This document shows positions 29,203 through 38,918 of a stretch of 64,000 nucleotides of DNA, one piece after another (within the stretch, counting starts at the first letter, position 1; each line of letters starts with the position of its first letter). This stretch comes from Thermoproteota archaeon. Its GTDB lineage: Archaea; Asgardarchaeota; Njordarchaeia; Njordarchaeales; Panguiarchaeaceae. Below the pieces are notes generated by a model. It had not been told where the DNA came from. It searched no databases and was given only the letters and a program-made list of their open reading frames with translations. The stretch lies in contig JANJXX010000001.1 in the NCBI GenBank assembly GCA_024720975.1, forward strand, positions 63,408 to 127,407, written 5' to 3'. A program made the position numbers and the translations under genes.

Positions 29203-29808
29203 TTAGAATAAAAACTTAGCAAGCTCATACGCTAGAAGCGCGTCCTCCTTTCTTGGAAAGCGCGCTTCTAGCATAGACATAAGCTCTTTCTGTTTTTTCT
29301 TAACACTTTCTGCTAGTTCTTTCTTTTTCTTCGGGTCCGTCTCCGTCATCTCCATTTCTATTAACTCTCTTAGGTGTCTATAGTGCTCCTTTATTACATC
29401 AAGCGCAAGTAGTACATCAGCTATATGTACGGCAATTCTTTTGACGGGATCTCTCGCACGCACTCTCCACATGGATTCTATGAACACTGTAAGCATATCC
29501 AAGACAGGTGAGCGAAGGTTACGATCTTGCTTAACGAAAATGAGCCTCCTACCCGAATATTCCTCCCAATTCATGTAGTAGCTATCTGCTGGTACTACTT
29601 TAAAGTCCTTTAATTTAATTGTTGACGATGCACATCTGCGCAATTCGTACTGATCTTTAAGTTCAAGTAGTACTTCAGTTAAAGCTTCTTTCTCCTCTTC
29701 ACTATCGACTATTAAATAGACGATATCAGTATTCTCAATTATCAGGGATAGTATTGCATAGCTGATGCCGCGAGGATGGAGCTCACCGATAACTTCAAAC
29801 AACGCCAT
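29203..29808 (-). CDS. Hypothetical protein directly downstream of the Roadblock gene
   Basis: 201-aa ORF, 12 bp downstream of the Roadblock gene, GGTG SD. Confidence 0.75.
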   Translation of the reverse strand: MALFEVIGELHPRGISYAILSLIIENTDIVYLIVDSEEEKEALTEVLLELKDQYELRRCASSTIKLKDFKVVPADSYYMNWEEYSGRRLIFVKQDRNLRSPVLDMLTVFIESMWRVRARDPVKRIAVHIADVLLALDVIKEHYRHLRELIEMEMTETDPKKKKELAESVKKKQKELMSMLEARFPRKEDALLAYELAKFLF

Positions 29809-29820
29809 TGCGGAACACCG

Positions 29821-30726
29821 TTATGTAGAGAGTATCTCCACGATCTCATTTCTCATACTCATAAAGTCGCGTATCATGAGACCTACGGGTACCTCCGCTG
29901 AGAATATGGCCACGATTACTGTTTCTCTTGGAAGTTCTGATAGAACTAAATAGCCCAAATCTGAATTGATAATTATCTCCTTTAGTTGTTCGAGAGCCAT
30001 ACTGGATACTACGTGCAGCGCGTGCTTCACGATAACAGTCGATGCTGCAGCAATTTCAACATCGGCTAGGGCTATGTCACGATACATCGAGAGCAGTGTC
30101 ACGTTGCCCTCACGAGAGAGCACAGCGGCAGCTTTCAAGTACTCATTTATTGCAAAATATCGCTCGAGTATCCTTGATTCTTTAACTATGTTAATTTTTT
30201 CCTGGAGCTCCTGGGGAACTAATGCCACAAAAGCCGCTCCAGCAATTTCAGCGTGGACCCCTGCTGTTATTGGTACTTCTGGCACTGGGATTTCAATAGA
30301 TTTTCCTTCAATTTCAAGGGATATTGGGGCACTCTCAAGTGGAGGTCGCTCTCTCGGAGTAACAGTCTCTATAGTTGGCGTCATTACCTTAGTTTCAACT
30401 GCAACTGTGATAGCTTCAGGCGGCTTAGTCGTTATAACCCTTAAATATCCTTCCGCTCTCAGTCTCTCCAGTATTGACCACATGTCGTATGACGATATGG
30501 GAATACCTTTATCCCTCATTTTTTTAGTTATTTCATCTACGCTTGACTTTCCTAGCATCCCCACTAATTCTTCAGCGTCACTGGGGAGAATTCTAAGGCG
30601 CCTTACAGTTTTTAGTATCCTATCTATCAATTCATCACGACTTACCCAGGGACTCGAGTCGTAAACTTGATGTGTCCTTTGTTCGTGTTTCTTGCGAGTT
30701 ACTATTGAGGTTTCACTTGCACTCAC
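29821..30726 (-). CDS. Roadblock/LC7-domain protein with N-terminal winged-helix-like region and P/T/E linker
   Basis: C-terminal AAAVLSREGNV...AAAS...LKEIIINSDLGYLVL...VPVGLMIRDF. Confidence 0.8.
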   Translation of the reverse strand: MSASETSIVTRKKHEQRTHQVYDSSPWVSRDELIDRILKTVRRLRILPSDAEELVGMLGKSSVDEITKKMRDKGIPISSYDMWSILERLRAEGYLRVITTKPPEAITVAVETKVMTPTIETVTPRERPPLESAPISLEIEGKSIEIPVPEVPITAGVHAEIAGAAFVALVPQELQEKINIVKESRILERYFAINEYLKAAAVLSREGNVTLLSMYRDIALADVEIAAASTVIVKHALHVVSSMALEQLKEIIINSDLGYLVLSELPRETVIVAIFSAEVPVGLMIRDFMSMRNEIVEILST

Positions 30727-31206
30727 AGAGTTCCCCCAGGAATTACTCTTATATAGCTATCAGTCATCTATTAATACCTGACTTAAAAGAATATTTAAAG
30801 GCTGAGGTTCAGAGTCTGCCCCCATTCTAGGAAAACCAAACAACAAGAGTTGCTCCTTTTTACACCAAAGATCGTAAAATGAGAGTCTTATCATTGACCT
30901 AGTTGCTTAAGACGAATAACTGCTCATGAGATTTTAGGTCTTTATTACCTTGAATAATTAAAACTGGAGAAGAATGCAATAATGAAAACGGAGCAATATT
31001 CGCAATATACTGACATAGTTAAAATCTCACGAAGCGAATTGGTAAAGTCTCACTAATCAAGTTAGTTATGCAAAATTGGGCCACCGTCATCCTGTATTGG
31101 ATGACTTGAGCATAGTCTATTCCTAAATGTCGTGTGTCAAGGCGCATTTTTATTCAAAACTTAGAATTTTCTAAAGAGTATTAAAGGCTGCCGTTGGTGA
31201 AGCATT

Positions 31207-31350
31207 ATGGCAGAAGAAAGGTTAAAGAGAATACTGGATAGACTTGAGGAGCTCTCTGAGGAAATCGCCGACCTTAAAGAAAGAGTAGAGCTCTTGGAAG
31301 ATACCTTGAAGAAATTGCAGGAACTTATAGAAAAAGGAGCTAAAGGGTGA
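31207..31350 (+). CDS. 47-aa coiled-coil microprotein (not in ORF track)
   Basis: GGTGA SD at 31196-31200, ATG 31207: MAEERLKRILDRLEELSEEIADLKERVELLEDTLKKLQELIEKGAKG. Confidence 0.8.
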   Translation: MAEERLKRILDRLEELSEEIADLKERVELLEDTLKKLQELIEKGAKG

Positions 31351-31356
31351 ACGGCA

Positions 31357-32400
31357 CTGTCCATCAATATTGACATTATTAGAAGGTTAAGTGAGGCCTT
31401 TGGACCGAGCGGCTACGAAGATGATGTAAGAGAGATACTAATAGAGGAGCTTTCTAAGGCTGACGTTCAATATGAAATCGATAGTGTAGGTAACTTAATA
31501 GCGAAGAAATTCTACGCTGAAAACAAGCCAACTGTAATTCTAGATGCCCACATTGATGAGGTAGGACTTTTAATAATGCACATTGACGATAATGGCTTCC
31601 TGAGATTTGAGCCACTCGGAGGAATTGATGATAGAGTTTTACCTTCTCAGAGCGTAGTCATTAAGGGTACGAAAGGTTTTGTCTATGGAATAATAGGAGC
31701 AAAGCCACCACATCTGCTCGAGAGGGAGGAAATGGAGAGGGTACTACCATACAAATCACTTTTTATTGATATTGGTGTATCATCCCGCGAGGAAGCTGCT
31801 AAAATCGGCGTAGAGGAAGGTTCCCCAGTAACATTCAACACACCGTTCATCAGACAGGGTAATAGTATACTTGGAAAAGCATTTGATGATCGCTTGGGAG
31901 TATACGTTGTTCTGGAAGTTCTAAAATCGTCTTATGACATACCTGTGAATATAATTGGAGTCTTTAGCACACAGGAAGAATTTGGCCTCAGAGGCGCACA
32001 AGTTGCCTCATTCAAACTTAAGGCGGACTATGCACTTGCACTAGAGTGTACAGCAGCTGCTGATACTCCTGGAACGCCACCACATGAGATGTCTACGCGC
32101 TTAAGAAAGGGTCCTGCTATCACGATTGCTGATCGAGCATCAATTTCGAGTCCAACTTTAGTTAGAATGCTTATTGATATTGCAAAGAATAATGGAATCC
32201 CGTACCAATTTAAGGGCAGAAAGGTTGGAGGAACAGATGCATGCATGTACAGGTATTCTCCTTTAGGAATTCATGCCGCAACGGTAAGTATTCCTGCCAG
32301 ATACATTCACTCGAGCCTAGCTGTTGCAGATATTTCTGATATTGAGAACACACTAAAGCTAGTTATGAGATTCTTAGAACACATTTCAGGGACAAGGTGA
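31357..32400 (+). CDS. M42 family (TET) aminopeptidase (probable CTG start)
   Basis: GPSGYE and LDAHIDEVG lie upstream of the ORF-track ATG; KAFDDR, QEEFGLRGA, GGTDA, RYIHS. Confidence 0.92.
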   Translation: MSINIDIIRRLSEAFGPSGYEDDVREILIEELSKADVQYEIDSVGNLIAKKFYAENKPTVILDAHIDEVGLLIMHIDDNGFLRFEPLGGIDDRVLPSQSVVIKGTKGFVYGIIGAKPPHLLEREEMERVLPYKSLFIDIGVSSREEAAKIGVEEGSPVTFNTPFIRQGNSILGKAFDDRLGVYVVLEVLKSSYDIPVNIIGVFSTQEEFGLRGAQVASFKLKADYALALECTAAADTPGTPPHEMSTRLRKGPAITIADRASISSPTLVRMLIDIAKNNGIPYQFKGRKVGGTDACMYRYSPLGIHAATVSIPARYIHSSLAVADISDIENTLKLVMRFLEHISGTR

Positions 32401-32439
32401 TACTATTCTCCATTTATTGATACCGGGTGCGTCTAAAGG

Positions 32440-33195
32440 ATGCGCGCATGGATAATAAGCATTGGAGATGAAATTCTTGCTGGCAAAGTGATTGACTGGA
32501 ATGCTTACTGGATTGCAAAGCGTCTGACAAGCATAGGCATTCAAGTGAGAAGAATCGTTAGCATTCCGGACGACCCAGAAATACTTGCAGAGGTGATAAG
32601 AGAAGCGACAAATAATGCGGAATTAATAATAACAACTGGGGGATTAGGTCCAACTCCTGGCGATATAACTGTCGAAGGACTATGCAAGGCAACTGGTAGA
32701 GAAATTGTGCTGGATCCTAAAGCCCTTGAATTCGTTAAGAGAAGATATCAGGAGCTACATAGTTTAGGTTTAGTAGACTCTCCTAACATAAACAAGGCAA
32801 GGGAAAAAATGGCTTGGATACCAAAAGGCGCTGAAATCGAGTACAATGATGTTGGAGTCGCCCCAGCAATAATTTTGAATACAGGATTAACAACAATAAT
32901 AGCACTACCTGGTCCTCCACCAGAGTGTATGTACTTATTCGAAAAGATAGTTCCACGTATACGACCTCCAAAGGAACTTTTCACAATCGAGAAGCTCATC
33001 GAAATATCAGATGAAAGCGAAGTTGCAGAACTCTTGCTTAAGGTAAGGCAGATATACCCGGATGTGCATATAAAAACGTATCCGATTGGTTTTGGTCAGA
33101 ATAAAATGCAAATCATCGTTATGGCTGACACTAAAGAGAAAGCTAGCGGTGCTCTAGAGATGCTCACTAAGCTTCTTAAAACCCAGTTGAATTGA
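32440..33195 (+). CDS. CinA-like molybdopterin-binding domain protein
   Basis: SIGDEILAG..IDWNA, TTGGLGPT.GDIT, LPGPP. Confidence 0.9.
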   Translation: MRAWIISIGDEILAGKVIDWNAYWIAKRLTSIGIQVRRIVSIPDDPEILAEVIREATNNAELIITTGGLGPTPGDITVEGLCKATGREIVLDPKALEFVKRRYQELHSLGLVDSPNINKAREKMAWIPKGAEIEYNDVGVAPAIILNTGLTTIIALPGPPPECMYLFEKIVPRIRPPKELFTIEKLIEISDESEVAELLLKVRQIYPDVHIKTYPIGFGQNKMQIIVMADTKEKASGALEMLTKLLKTQLN

Positions 33196-33258
33196 TGAGT
33201 AATTACTCTGTCTAACGGGAAAGTGATAAACAATTAGTATTAGTTCACTCATCTATCA

Positions 33259-35337
33259 CTACAAAGTTAACTCGTCTATTATATTTCTTGCTAGAACCGG
33301 ATCTATATTCTTAATGGCTCTTAGAAAGTCGCCTGACAGATCCTCTCTCTGTATTTTCTTCTCATCAACCAACACATTGATTACATTCATCAGAAGCTTT
33401 CTGGCTATAATTCTGCTACGTATTTTACTGAGAGCGTTAGTGAGAAGCTTTGTATATCTTCCATGCTCTATGTACTCACTAAGATCTACGATGATTTTGC
33501 TTAGCGTGTCCCTCAGAGAACCGCCCACTTTAAAGCAAACTTCAACAAGAGATCCGATCACATCACCAATGAGTTCAGTTAGAGAGCCATTTTTTGCCAA
33601 TCGCTCCAGTAACTTTTCATCTTTAAAACGCCACATGTTTTTATCATAGATGAACAGTTTATCAATAACGCCCTTAGCAATGCTTGCAGCTTTTGAGGGA
33701 TCTCCTTTAGATATCCCATGAGCGAATGATGCGTAGATTAGTGCATCGTAAATCCGGTTTATGAGGCTTTCGGTTTTAAGTGCCTTACCTAATTCTTGAA
33801 GAAGCCTATACGAGGTTTCGCTTAAGGCCTCATAAAATGCTGGAATTGGCTTGACAGATGCAAGTGCTTTTCCTAGATTTCTGCTAAGTGTTTTAATATG
33901 CACGGACTTGTACGTGCCCTTCCCCTTGATACCAATCATACAAGTTCTAAATATCATCTCAATAATGCTTTCAGCTTTAGAGATGATCTTTCTTGATTCG
34001 TGTGGAAGAACATATGCCGCTTCCAATAATGCGGGAATGCATCCCAGGATACTGTCTATATGAGAGATATTCTCGCTAATAAGAGTGCGACTATACTGCG
34101 TTAGAGTACTGTCTTCAATAACATTCCTGATTGTGAGTATTGATTCTCCAGCTAGAGTGCTCGCCCAGTTCGTTGATATTGGCAGTGCTATATGACTACA
34201 AGTTGCCAGGAGTCTGGCCTTTGAACAAGAGCTCTGAATCTTACTTGTCATCGGTAGAATCCAATCTTTTATGATTTCATAAGCAACGTAATAATATCGT
34301 GCTTTAATAATGAGCCTAAGAATGTCCCTGATCGTTGATATCCCTTTTTCCACGCCGAGGGTTTCAATGAGAATTGCTACACTCTCATAGAATAGTTTGT
34401 CACTATCGATATAAAATTTCGTGAAGGCTTTGTCATATGCAATTCTACCAATTACATATGCGGCTTTTTTTGGATTATCAGATATGTGCTTGAATGCCAG
34501 TTCAGCAGCTTCATTGAATTTCTCATTAGCTAAGTTTACGGTGTCTTCGCCAGTTATTGCAAGCACTGTTGATGAGTCTGCTAGTAGTAAAGCCTTCTCG
34601 TACCAATTACTGGTTTTTTCGGCTTCATTTAAACTATCAAGAGCTAGTCTCTGAGCTTGATTTACATCAAACCACTCTGCTATTGTTCCACGATTTACAA
34701 TTGTATGAAACATTGTAGCTCCAAAACCTAAGTTCGCATATATTATTCCGCGCGTAAAGGAGTTTTGTATAAGGTCTGCTTCGGATAGATTTTTCCCTAC
34801 GACTTGAGCAAAAGCACTTGCTATTTGACCTACGACTTCATCGGGCAGGTTTACGAATTCTCTCCTGATCAGTCTATTTATTGAACCTAAGTTGCTTAAA
34901 ACCATTCGTATAGCAACGCTTCTAGATACCGGATCTTTAATAAGATCTATTAGTTCGGTTGTCTTTCTCACGATAGATAATGCATTCTTATAGTCTCCTA
35001 ACGCCAAATTAGCTGCTGTTATCACTGACAAACTTTCTGCCTTAAGCTCATTTGGAGCCTTTGAGCTCTCAATATACACTTTCATTTCGTTCAAAGTCTG
35101 GCTTATGGTAGAAACAACCTCTTCATCTACAACACTAGAATCTTCTAATCTGTAGAGTAGACTAACCTTATTTATCGCAGAGTTTACACTTAGGCTAAGC
35201 ATGTTAGGGAAAAAGCGCGAGAAAGTTCTAAGAAAGGTAACCTGCTCAGATAGCATACTTGTTAATGGCTTAAGATCCTTCAATATAAGCTTCCTAAAAT
35301 GTTGTACTAGGTCAACATCTTTTTTTTCATTAACCAT
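33259..35337 (-). CDS. Large alpha-solenoid hypothetical protein
   Basis: 692 aa, Ala/Leu-rich helical pairs. Confidence 0.7.
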   Translation of the reverse strand: MVNEKKDVDLVQHFRKLILKDLKPLTSMLSEQVTFLRTFSRFFPNMLSLSVNSAINKVSLLYRLEDSSVVDEEVVSTISQTLNEMKVYIESSKAPNELKAESLSVITAANLALGDYKNALSIVRKTTELIDLIKDPVSRSVAIRMVLSNLGSINRLIRREFVNLPDEVVGQIASAFAQVVGKNLSEADLIQNSFTRGIIYANLGFGATMFHTIVNRGTIAEWFDVNQAQRLALDSLNEAEKTSNWYEKALLLADSSTVLAITGEDTVNLANEKFNEAAELAFKHISDNPKKAAYVIGRIAYDKAFTKFYIDSDKLFYESVAILIETLGVEKGISTIRDILRLIIKARYYYVAYEIIKDWILPMTSKIQSSCSKARLLATCSHIALPISTNWASTLAGESILTIRNVIEDSTLTQYSRTLISENISHIDSILGCIPALLEAAYVLPHESRKIISKAESIIEMIFRTCMIGIKGKGTYKSVHIKTLSRNLGKALASVKPIPAFYEALSETSYRLLQELGKALKTESLINRIYDALIYASFAHGISKGDPSKAASIAKGVIDKLFIYDKNMWRFKDEKLLERLAKNGSLTELIGDVIGSLVEVCFKVGGSLRDTLSKIIVDLSEYIEHGRYTKLLTNALSKIRSRIIARKLLMNVINVLVDEKKIQREDLSGDFLRAIKNIDPVLARNIIDELTL

Positions 35338-35489
35338 GAATAGAGCACCTAATCTGATTTTACTCTATTGTTAAATGAATATAAAGAGCACTGGAATGTA
35401 TTTTCGAGACCGTCACGTTGGTCAGTGAGAAGTCGCAGTGCATTTAAAAAAGAAGTATGCCTTGCTAATTATAACGCTTTACTTACTTC

Positions 35490-36326
35490 CTACTGGACAG
35501 TAACATAGTTTCTAACATAGAAGCTCAGTATTGATGCTGTTAACATAATCAAGCCAAATAGCTCTAGAAATTTTGCGTAATTTAATTTTCCAGCGAGTTT
35601 GATTAGGTATTTCATTGTAATTATTGAGATGAGAAAGCAAATGGTAATGGCTAGAGTTATATTCAGCGCAAAAATTTGCCATTGGATCTCTTCAACTAAA
35701 ACCGAAAACAAAAATGCAAGAATTGATATTGGACCGGCTAGTAGGAAAGTCCCCCTTAAGCTCTCAGACTTATCAAACTTCCTGTATAGAAAGGATGCTA
35801 ATGTCACCCCGGATCTTGTCACGCCTGGCAATACAGCAAATCCTTGAAGAACTCCTATGAATATGCTGTCTCTTTTATTAACTTCAGCAAGAAGACGAGT
35901 TCCAATATTCTTTTGACCCTTTAATAATGAACCAACTAGTGTCATTAAAGCTCCAATAATAATCATAACGAGTATTGAAGCACTTTCTATATGTTCTTCA
36001 AATACAATGAAAAGTGTCTTAAGCATCAGATAAAGGGACACTGCTACGATGCCTGAGACCAGTGTAGTTATGACTATTAGGCGCAGTCTAAAGGTAATAA
36101 CTCCTTCAGTGACATCCCTCAATGCTTGCAAGTACTCTTTTCGGAAGTACGCTATTGATGCAAGCGCCGTAGGTAGGTGAAAAATTACGCTGAGTACTAA
36201 GGCTTGTGATGGTGAAACACCGAAAGCAAGGAAAATTAGAATAAGGAAGGCCTGACTCGAGACCGGTAACCATTCAAGAATTCCTTGAATGACTGCTGCG
36301 ATAATAAAAATGAGAATTTCATTCAA
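35490..36326 (-). CDS. uppP: BacA/UppP family polyprenyl-diphosphate phosphatase
   Basis: QGILEWLPVSS, QGFAVLPGVTRSG. Confidence 0.92.
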   Translation of the reverse strand: MNEILIFIIAAVIQGILEWLPVSSQAFLILIFLAFGVSPSQALVLSVIFHLPTALASIAYFRKEYLQALRDVTEGVITFRLRLIVITTLVSGIVAVSLYLMLKTLFIVFEEHIESASILVMIIIGALMTLVGSLLKGQKNIGTRLLAEVNKRDSIFIGVLQGFAVLPGVTRSGVTLASFLYRKFDKSESLRGTFLLAGPISILAFLFSVLVEEIQWQIFALNITLAITICFLISIITMKYLIKLAGKLNYAKFLELFGLIMLTASILSFYVRNYVTVQ

Positions 36327-37320
36327 CAGGACTTCCCTCTATTATCGCACGCGATAGTACCTCAATGTAGTCGTAAATGTTGATATCTACCTCAGAGATT
36401 TCAGCTGCCACACGCAAAATCGAAGCTGTAGACGTTCTTAGTGTTATTATTGCATCGAGATCGCTGAGATCACTTAGGATACTAGCGGCTACATTAACAG
36501 ATACTAGAGGATTTAGGAGCCATACTTGCTCATAGCTAAAGGGACAATCACGCACCCTGTCGACTTTTACTGTCAGATTCTTGATGCGCTTAAGCGCCAC
36601 CTTAATGCGATCTATATTCGCTAAGATTGTTTCACGGATGCTTAAGGGAAGCGTCTCGATTGGAGCCTCATATGGCTCTAGGAGGGCGACTTCTAGCATA
36701 TCTGGCATAGCGGGAGTGCCTTTAAATGCTTCAAAAAGATCTGGAAGAAACTCTAGCTGAATGTTTTGAATCCCATGCTGAGGAAGGAAGCGATTTTTAT
36801 ACATAGCATATTCGAAGGGAGAAACTACTAGTATTTTGCTAATGCCCTCGCTCAGCCATGTGTTTATTCTTTGACTAACGTGCGGCCTTAAAAGTTCTGT
36901 TCTTCCTAGTAGGTAGATATCGATACCATCAGTTCTCTCACTAATCAGGAAACGCAACTTGTAGCCGAGCTTGCGCAAAGCATTGCCGAGAGAATTTGCT
37001 TCATCTATATAGCGTTTTGTACTATTCAGAATTTCACTCTCAAACTTTTTAATGTTTTCAGAGAAGTTGAGATATGCCAAGTTGACATTCCTTTCATCCA
37101 AATGAAGTTCTTGCCTAATCAGGCTCCTTAAGAATGTCTCAATAAATCCTCCCAACGTAATATATGGATCTAAATCCACCAACAAGCTGGGTTCATCATC
37201 ATTAATAAGACTCTCCCCAAAGTAAACTTGCAGAACTTTTCTATCTATTCCGAAGACGTTGCCCTTGTTAACTATAGTTTCTGCTAGTGATAGCACCTGT
37301 TGGGTCACCATAAAAAACAC
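36319..37320 (-). CDS. Degenerate CCG-domain (GlcF/GlpC/HdrD C-terminal-like) protein lacking most Cys ligands
   Basis: GISKILVVSPFEY resembles GVKKIVTxCPxC; LLEP resembles YHDPC; NPLVS..VA..IL and DAIIT patterns. Confidence 0.55.
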   Translation of the reverse strand: MFFMVTQQVLSLAETIVNKGNVFGIDRKVLQVYFGESLINDDEPSLLVDLDPYITLGGFIETFLRSLIRQELHLDERNVNLAYLNFSENIKKFESEILNSTKRYIDEANSLGNALRKLGYKLRFLISERTDGIDIYLLGRTELLRPHVSQRINTWLSEGISKILVVSPFEYAMYKNRFLPQHGIQNIQLEFLPDLFEAFKGTPAMPDMLEVALLEPYEAPIETLPLSIRETILANIDRIKVALKRIKNLTVKVDRVRDCPFSYEQVWLLNPLVSVNVAASILSDLSDLDAIITLRTSTASILRVAAEISEVDINIYDYIEVLSRAIIEGSPVE

Positions 37321-37816
37321 CAGATGCTTAATAAAACATTGATATAATGGAGTATTAATACATAACGCTTATGTAACTATTAAAGTGCTATTTAAAGATC
37401 CAACATAGCAAACCTCGATATTTCGTTTCGTAAATTTGTTAATAGAGCTTGCAATTTTGGATTGTACCGCTAGAGGTAAACTATTTAACGGACGCTGTTA
37501 AGAAACTCACGAAACTGAAAAGTTTATTGGAAAGTCATATGACTATAAATGTTTCTTAGCTCGCCTATTAAAGGCAAACACTAACTCTAAAAGATATAGA
37601 ACCTAAAGTCACTTACGGGCGGTAGGAGTTGTATGAATGCGCTTCTTAGCAGTATCTAAACTAACCTACTGCAATCACAAAGAATGCGATCTCGTATTTT
37701 CTCGCCACCTTTAAGCTGAACGTTATTAAAGTCCAAGGGGGAGATTTATTAACTATTTTTAACAGTTTTTTCGTGAAGTGCTTGCCATTACACTAACAAT
37801 ATATCAGGTGTTATGA

Positions 37817-38896
37817 ATGGGCAAAATCAGAGTTGCTATAGTTGGAATAGGAAATTGTGCATCGAGTATAGTTCAGGGAGTTTATTACTATTACAATGCT
37901 AGCGAAGATAAAGAAGTCCCCGGATTAATGCATGTTCGATTTGGTCCTTATCATGTTAGCGATATAGAATTTGTGGCTGCGTTTGAGGTAGATAGACGGA
38001 AGATAGGTAAAGACCTATCTGAGGCTATATTTGCCGGAAATAACTGCGTCCCAAAATTCGCGGACGTACCAAAGTTAGGAGTAGAGGTTCTTCCCGGACC
38101 TATACTCGATGGCGTGGCACCGCATATGAGAGAAGCATTTGCACCATACGATGAAAATGAGATTAAGCCGGTAAATGTGGCCGATGTTTTGAAAGAAACT
38201 AGAGCTGATATGTTAATCAATTTCCTACCTGTAGGCTCCTATCATGCAACAAGGTACTATGCAAACGCATGTCTGGAAGCGCGATGCGGTTTCGTTAACT
38301 GTATACCTGAATTTATAGCAAGCGATCTTGAATGGGGTAAAAAATTTGAGAAAGCCGGTGTTCCTGTGGCTGGGGATGATATAAAGTCTCAATTAGGTGC
38401 AACAATCCTGCATAGAACTCTTGTACAATTGATGACCGATCGAGGTGTAAAGGTAAAGAAAACATATCAACTAAACATCGGTGGAAACACTGATTTTCTG
38501 AATATGACAGTTGAAGAAAGGCTCAAGTACAAAAGGATATCCAAAACAGAGGCTGTAACTAGTATTCTCAACGAAAAAATTCCAACTAGAATTGGACCCA
38601 GTGACTACGTAGAATTCCTAGGAGATACTAAAATAGCATACATATACATTGAGGGCGAGAAATTTGGAGGTTTCCCCGTCACGATCGAAGCAAAACTAGT
38701 GGTTGCAGACTCCCCAAACTCTGCAGGAGTTGTTATTGATGTGATTCGCGCAACCAAAATTGCTTTAGATAGAGGCATAAGCGGACCATTGATTTCCATA
38801 TCGGCATACGCATTTAAGCATCCACCTGTTCAGGTTCCAGACCACATCGCGCGCACATGGGTAGAAGACTTCATAGCAGGTAAACGCGACAGGTGA
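37817..38896 (+). CDS. ino1: myo-inositol-1-phosphate synthase
   Basis: GIGNCASSIVQG, GDDIKSQLGATI, QLNIGGNTDF, DSPNSAG. Confidence 0.97.
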   Translation: MGKIRVAIVGIGNCASSIVQGVYYYYNASEDKEVPGLMHVRFGPYHVSDIEFVAAFEVDRRKIGKDLSEAIFAGNNCVPKFADVPKLGVEVLPGPILDGVAPHMREAFAPYDENEIKPVNVADVLKETRADMLINFLPVGSYHATRYYANACLEARCGFVNCIPEFIASDLEWGKKFEKAGVPVAGDDIKSQLGATILHRTLVQLMTDRGVKVKKTYQLNIGGNTDFLNMTVEERLKYKRISKTEAVTSILNEKIPTRIGPSDYVEFLGDTKIAYIYIEGEKFGGFPVTIEAKLVVADSPNSAGVVIDVIRATKIALDRGISGPLISISAYAFKHPPVQVPDHIARTWVEDFIAGKRDR

Positions 38897-38918
38897 GATA
38901 ACTCTTACGCTACTGAAA

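Noticed and set aside
29966-30664. 232-aa + strand ORF (likewise 17917-18435, 63196-63831 and other antisense ORFs)
   Set aside because: Antisense shadows of well-supported genes.
31161-31376. 71-aa minus-strand ORF
   Set aside because: Shadow of the + strand 47-aa coiled-coil gene and the M42 start.
33194-33253. GATGAGT/ACTCATC inverted repeat and GAGTAATTACTC palindrome; possible C/D RNA
   Set aside because: No D box (CTGA); most simply a structure between convergent genes.
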